DNA from: a virus | DNA length: 40,665 nucleotides | Reading direction: 5' to 3' (one strand) | IMG/VR virus record: IMGVR_UViG_3300010403_000017 | Coordinates: 1-40,665 of that record | Shown: positions 39,734 to 40,665 of the stretch, piece by piece | Position numbering within the stretch: position 1 is the first letter of the stretch | Layout: every line of letters starts with the position of its first letter | Made by a program: the position numbers and the translations under genes | Notes under the pieces: generated by a model | What the model saw: the letters and a program-made list of their open reading frames with translations, nothing else | Databases searched by the model: none | Told to the model about the DNA's origin: nothing

Positions 39734-40665
39734 GAGAGGGTCAAGCTCCTTCGGGTATTGATGACCCACTTGTTGACGTCCCCCACTCCTGCAGCCCTCA
39801 GTCCTTCCTCCAACCCTTTTTTGATCCAATCAGCCCGCTCGATCGGGACATTGAAGTGTTGTATGATCGTGATGCTCCTGGAAGAATTGTCATTGTTCAC
39901 CATGCTCTGGATCTCGCGCTCCTGGGCTTCGGTACGGACCGTCTCCCCGCCACGGACCAGGATGGGGAACTCCCGCGACATCCCCCCGGGCATGACGATA
40001 CCGCCGGTGTGGAACTTCGGCGTGGGCGCGTTTTCGATGACGGCTATCTGCGCGGCGCCCAATGCGGCGACGATCGGGATCATCCAGGGGGTGGCAATGA
40101 CCTTGGTGATCTCCTCGGCCGTATTGATGAGCGCTTCGATCGCGCGAGCATCTTTCTCCCCTTCGAAGGCATCAATCTTCGCCTGCCGTATTTTTTCGTC
40201 ATAGGACTTTTGCAGCGTGGCTTTTTCATCTTGTAGGCGCTTCTCTTCAGAGGACCCTTTCTGCGCAGCGGCGATACGCGCATCCATCGTCGCCAGAGCC
40301 TGAGCTTCCTCGGCCTGGAGCCCATCGATCACCGCCTGGCTATTCTGAGACTGCAATTGGTTGAGAATACCGAAGCCTTTCGACGCACTCTGGAACGTAA
40401 AGTCGATCGTCTTTTGCATCTGCTGCATATCTTTTGCGACGGTGTCGAGCCCGAGGGTAAGCTTAGGGAGTGTGAAGATCTTCGGAAGCCGGTCGACATT
40501 GGGATTGGAAAAAATAGTGTTCAAGGTCTGGGTCGATGCATCACCGATGCCGAGAATGTGACGCTTGTGCTCCTCCATGAGATAGTTGGTTCGAGATAAT
40601 GCTTTGTCCAGCGTCAGCTGAAGCCGAACGATTTCATCTTCCTTCTCAAACCACAACTTGGAATA
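39730..40665 (-). CDS. Tape measure protein, C-terminal part (40543..40665 duplicates 1..123)
   Basis: Same frame as 1..1002 across the junction. Coiled-coil-rich, then IATPWMIPIVAALGAAQIAVI and a Gly-rich end. Confidence 0.8.
   Translation of the reverse strand, partial: YSKLWFEKEDEIVRLQLTLDKALSRTNYLMEEHKRHILGIGDASTQTLNTIFSNPNVDRLPKIFTLPKLTLGLDTVAKDMQQMQKTIDFTFQSASKGFGILNQLQSQNSQAVIDGLQAEEAQALATMDARIAAAQKGSSEEKRLQDEKATLQKSYDEKIRQAKIDAFEGEKDARAIEALINTAEEITKVIATPWMIPIVAALGAAQIAVIENAPTPKFHTGGIVMPGGMSREFPILVRGGETVRTEAQEREIQSMVNNDNSSRSITIIQHFNVPIERADWIKKGLEEGLRAAGVGDVNKWVINTRRSLTLS
40543..40665. repeat. Terminal overlap, identical to 1..123
   Basis: Direct comparison of the two window ends. Confidence 0.97.

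Larger units (their letters stand above)
1..40542. mobile_element. Complete circularly closed genome of a temperate siphovirus-like phage (unit length 40,542 bp)
   Basis: A 123-bp terminal identity closes the circle. A full set of packaging, head, tail, lysis and lysogeny genes is present, plus integrase and attP. Confidence 0.9.

Noticed and set aside
1-40665. CRISPR arrays, rRNA genes, transposases or IS elements, and a diversity-generating retroelement near the fibre genes.
   Set aside because: I saw no array of regularly spaced repeats (the only tandem repeats are two-copy). There is no reverse transcriptase or transposase-like ORF in any frame, and I noticed no template/variable repeat pair.

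Overview
The window is one complete, circularly closed phage genome. Bases 1..123 are identical to 40543..40665, giving a unit length of 40,542 bp. Joining the ends restores a single 604-aa tape-measure gene. It is a temperate siphovirus-like phage with a lambda/HK97 mosaic late region, and almost every gene is on the minus strand. Reading along the minus strand, the order is:
- cro-like and CII-like regulators and an excisionase-like HTH protein, then a chain of ATGA-coupled small genes
- a HerA/FtsK-type ATPase and a DUF1064 nuclease
- a ParB protein with an intact GERR box
- an HNH endonuclease and a Gp37/Gp68 (DUF5131) protein
- a putative cos region
- Nu1-like TerS and GpA-type TerL
- a small RHH plus Cys-rich moron, and a gpW-like fusion
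- a lambda-family portal and a fused prohead protease-scaffold-HK97 capsid gene
- connector genes and a tail tube with a Gly-rich insertion
- G/G-T chaperone with an A_AAA_AAC -1 slippery site, a gpZ-like protein and the tape measure
- a 992-aa distal tail protein and the fibre locus
- a six-gene lysis cassette ending in a terminator next to attP.

The only plus-strand unit is the lysogeny operon: an S24-type CI repressor, a membrane protein and a tyrosine integrase. It converges on a hicB-hicA pair. attP carries the 3-prime 42 nt of a tRNA-Arg(UCU)-like gene, flanked by GGCACAC arm-type repeats.

Best candidates for something new:
1. Two translationally coupled fibre-locus proteins with textbook Sec signal peptides. 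One is a 1416-aa protein with a GH18-like barrel (DGVDINIE).
2. A 272-aa protein coupled to the endolysin, with an N-terminal membrane anchor, a coiled coil and a beta-barrel-like C-terminus. It could be a new kind of unimolecular spanin. The same cassette holds two different muralytic enzymes.
3. An RHH plus Cys-rich two-gene moron with its own terminator, sitting between terminase and portal.
4. An early region with no recognisable replication genes, built around a HerA-like ATPase and an orphan CTP-motif ParB.

All functional calls rest on motif recognition by eye and gene order. No database search or structure prediction was run.
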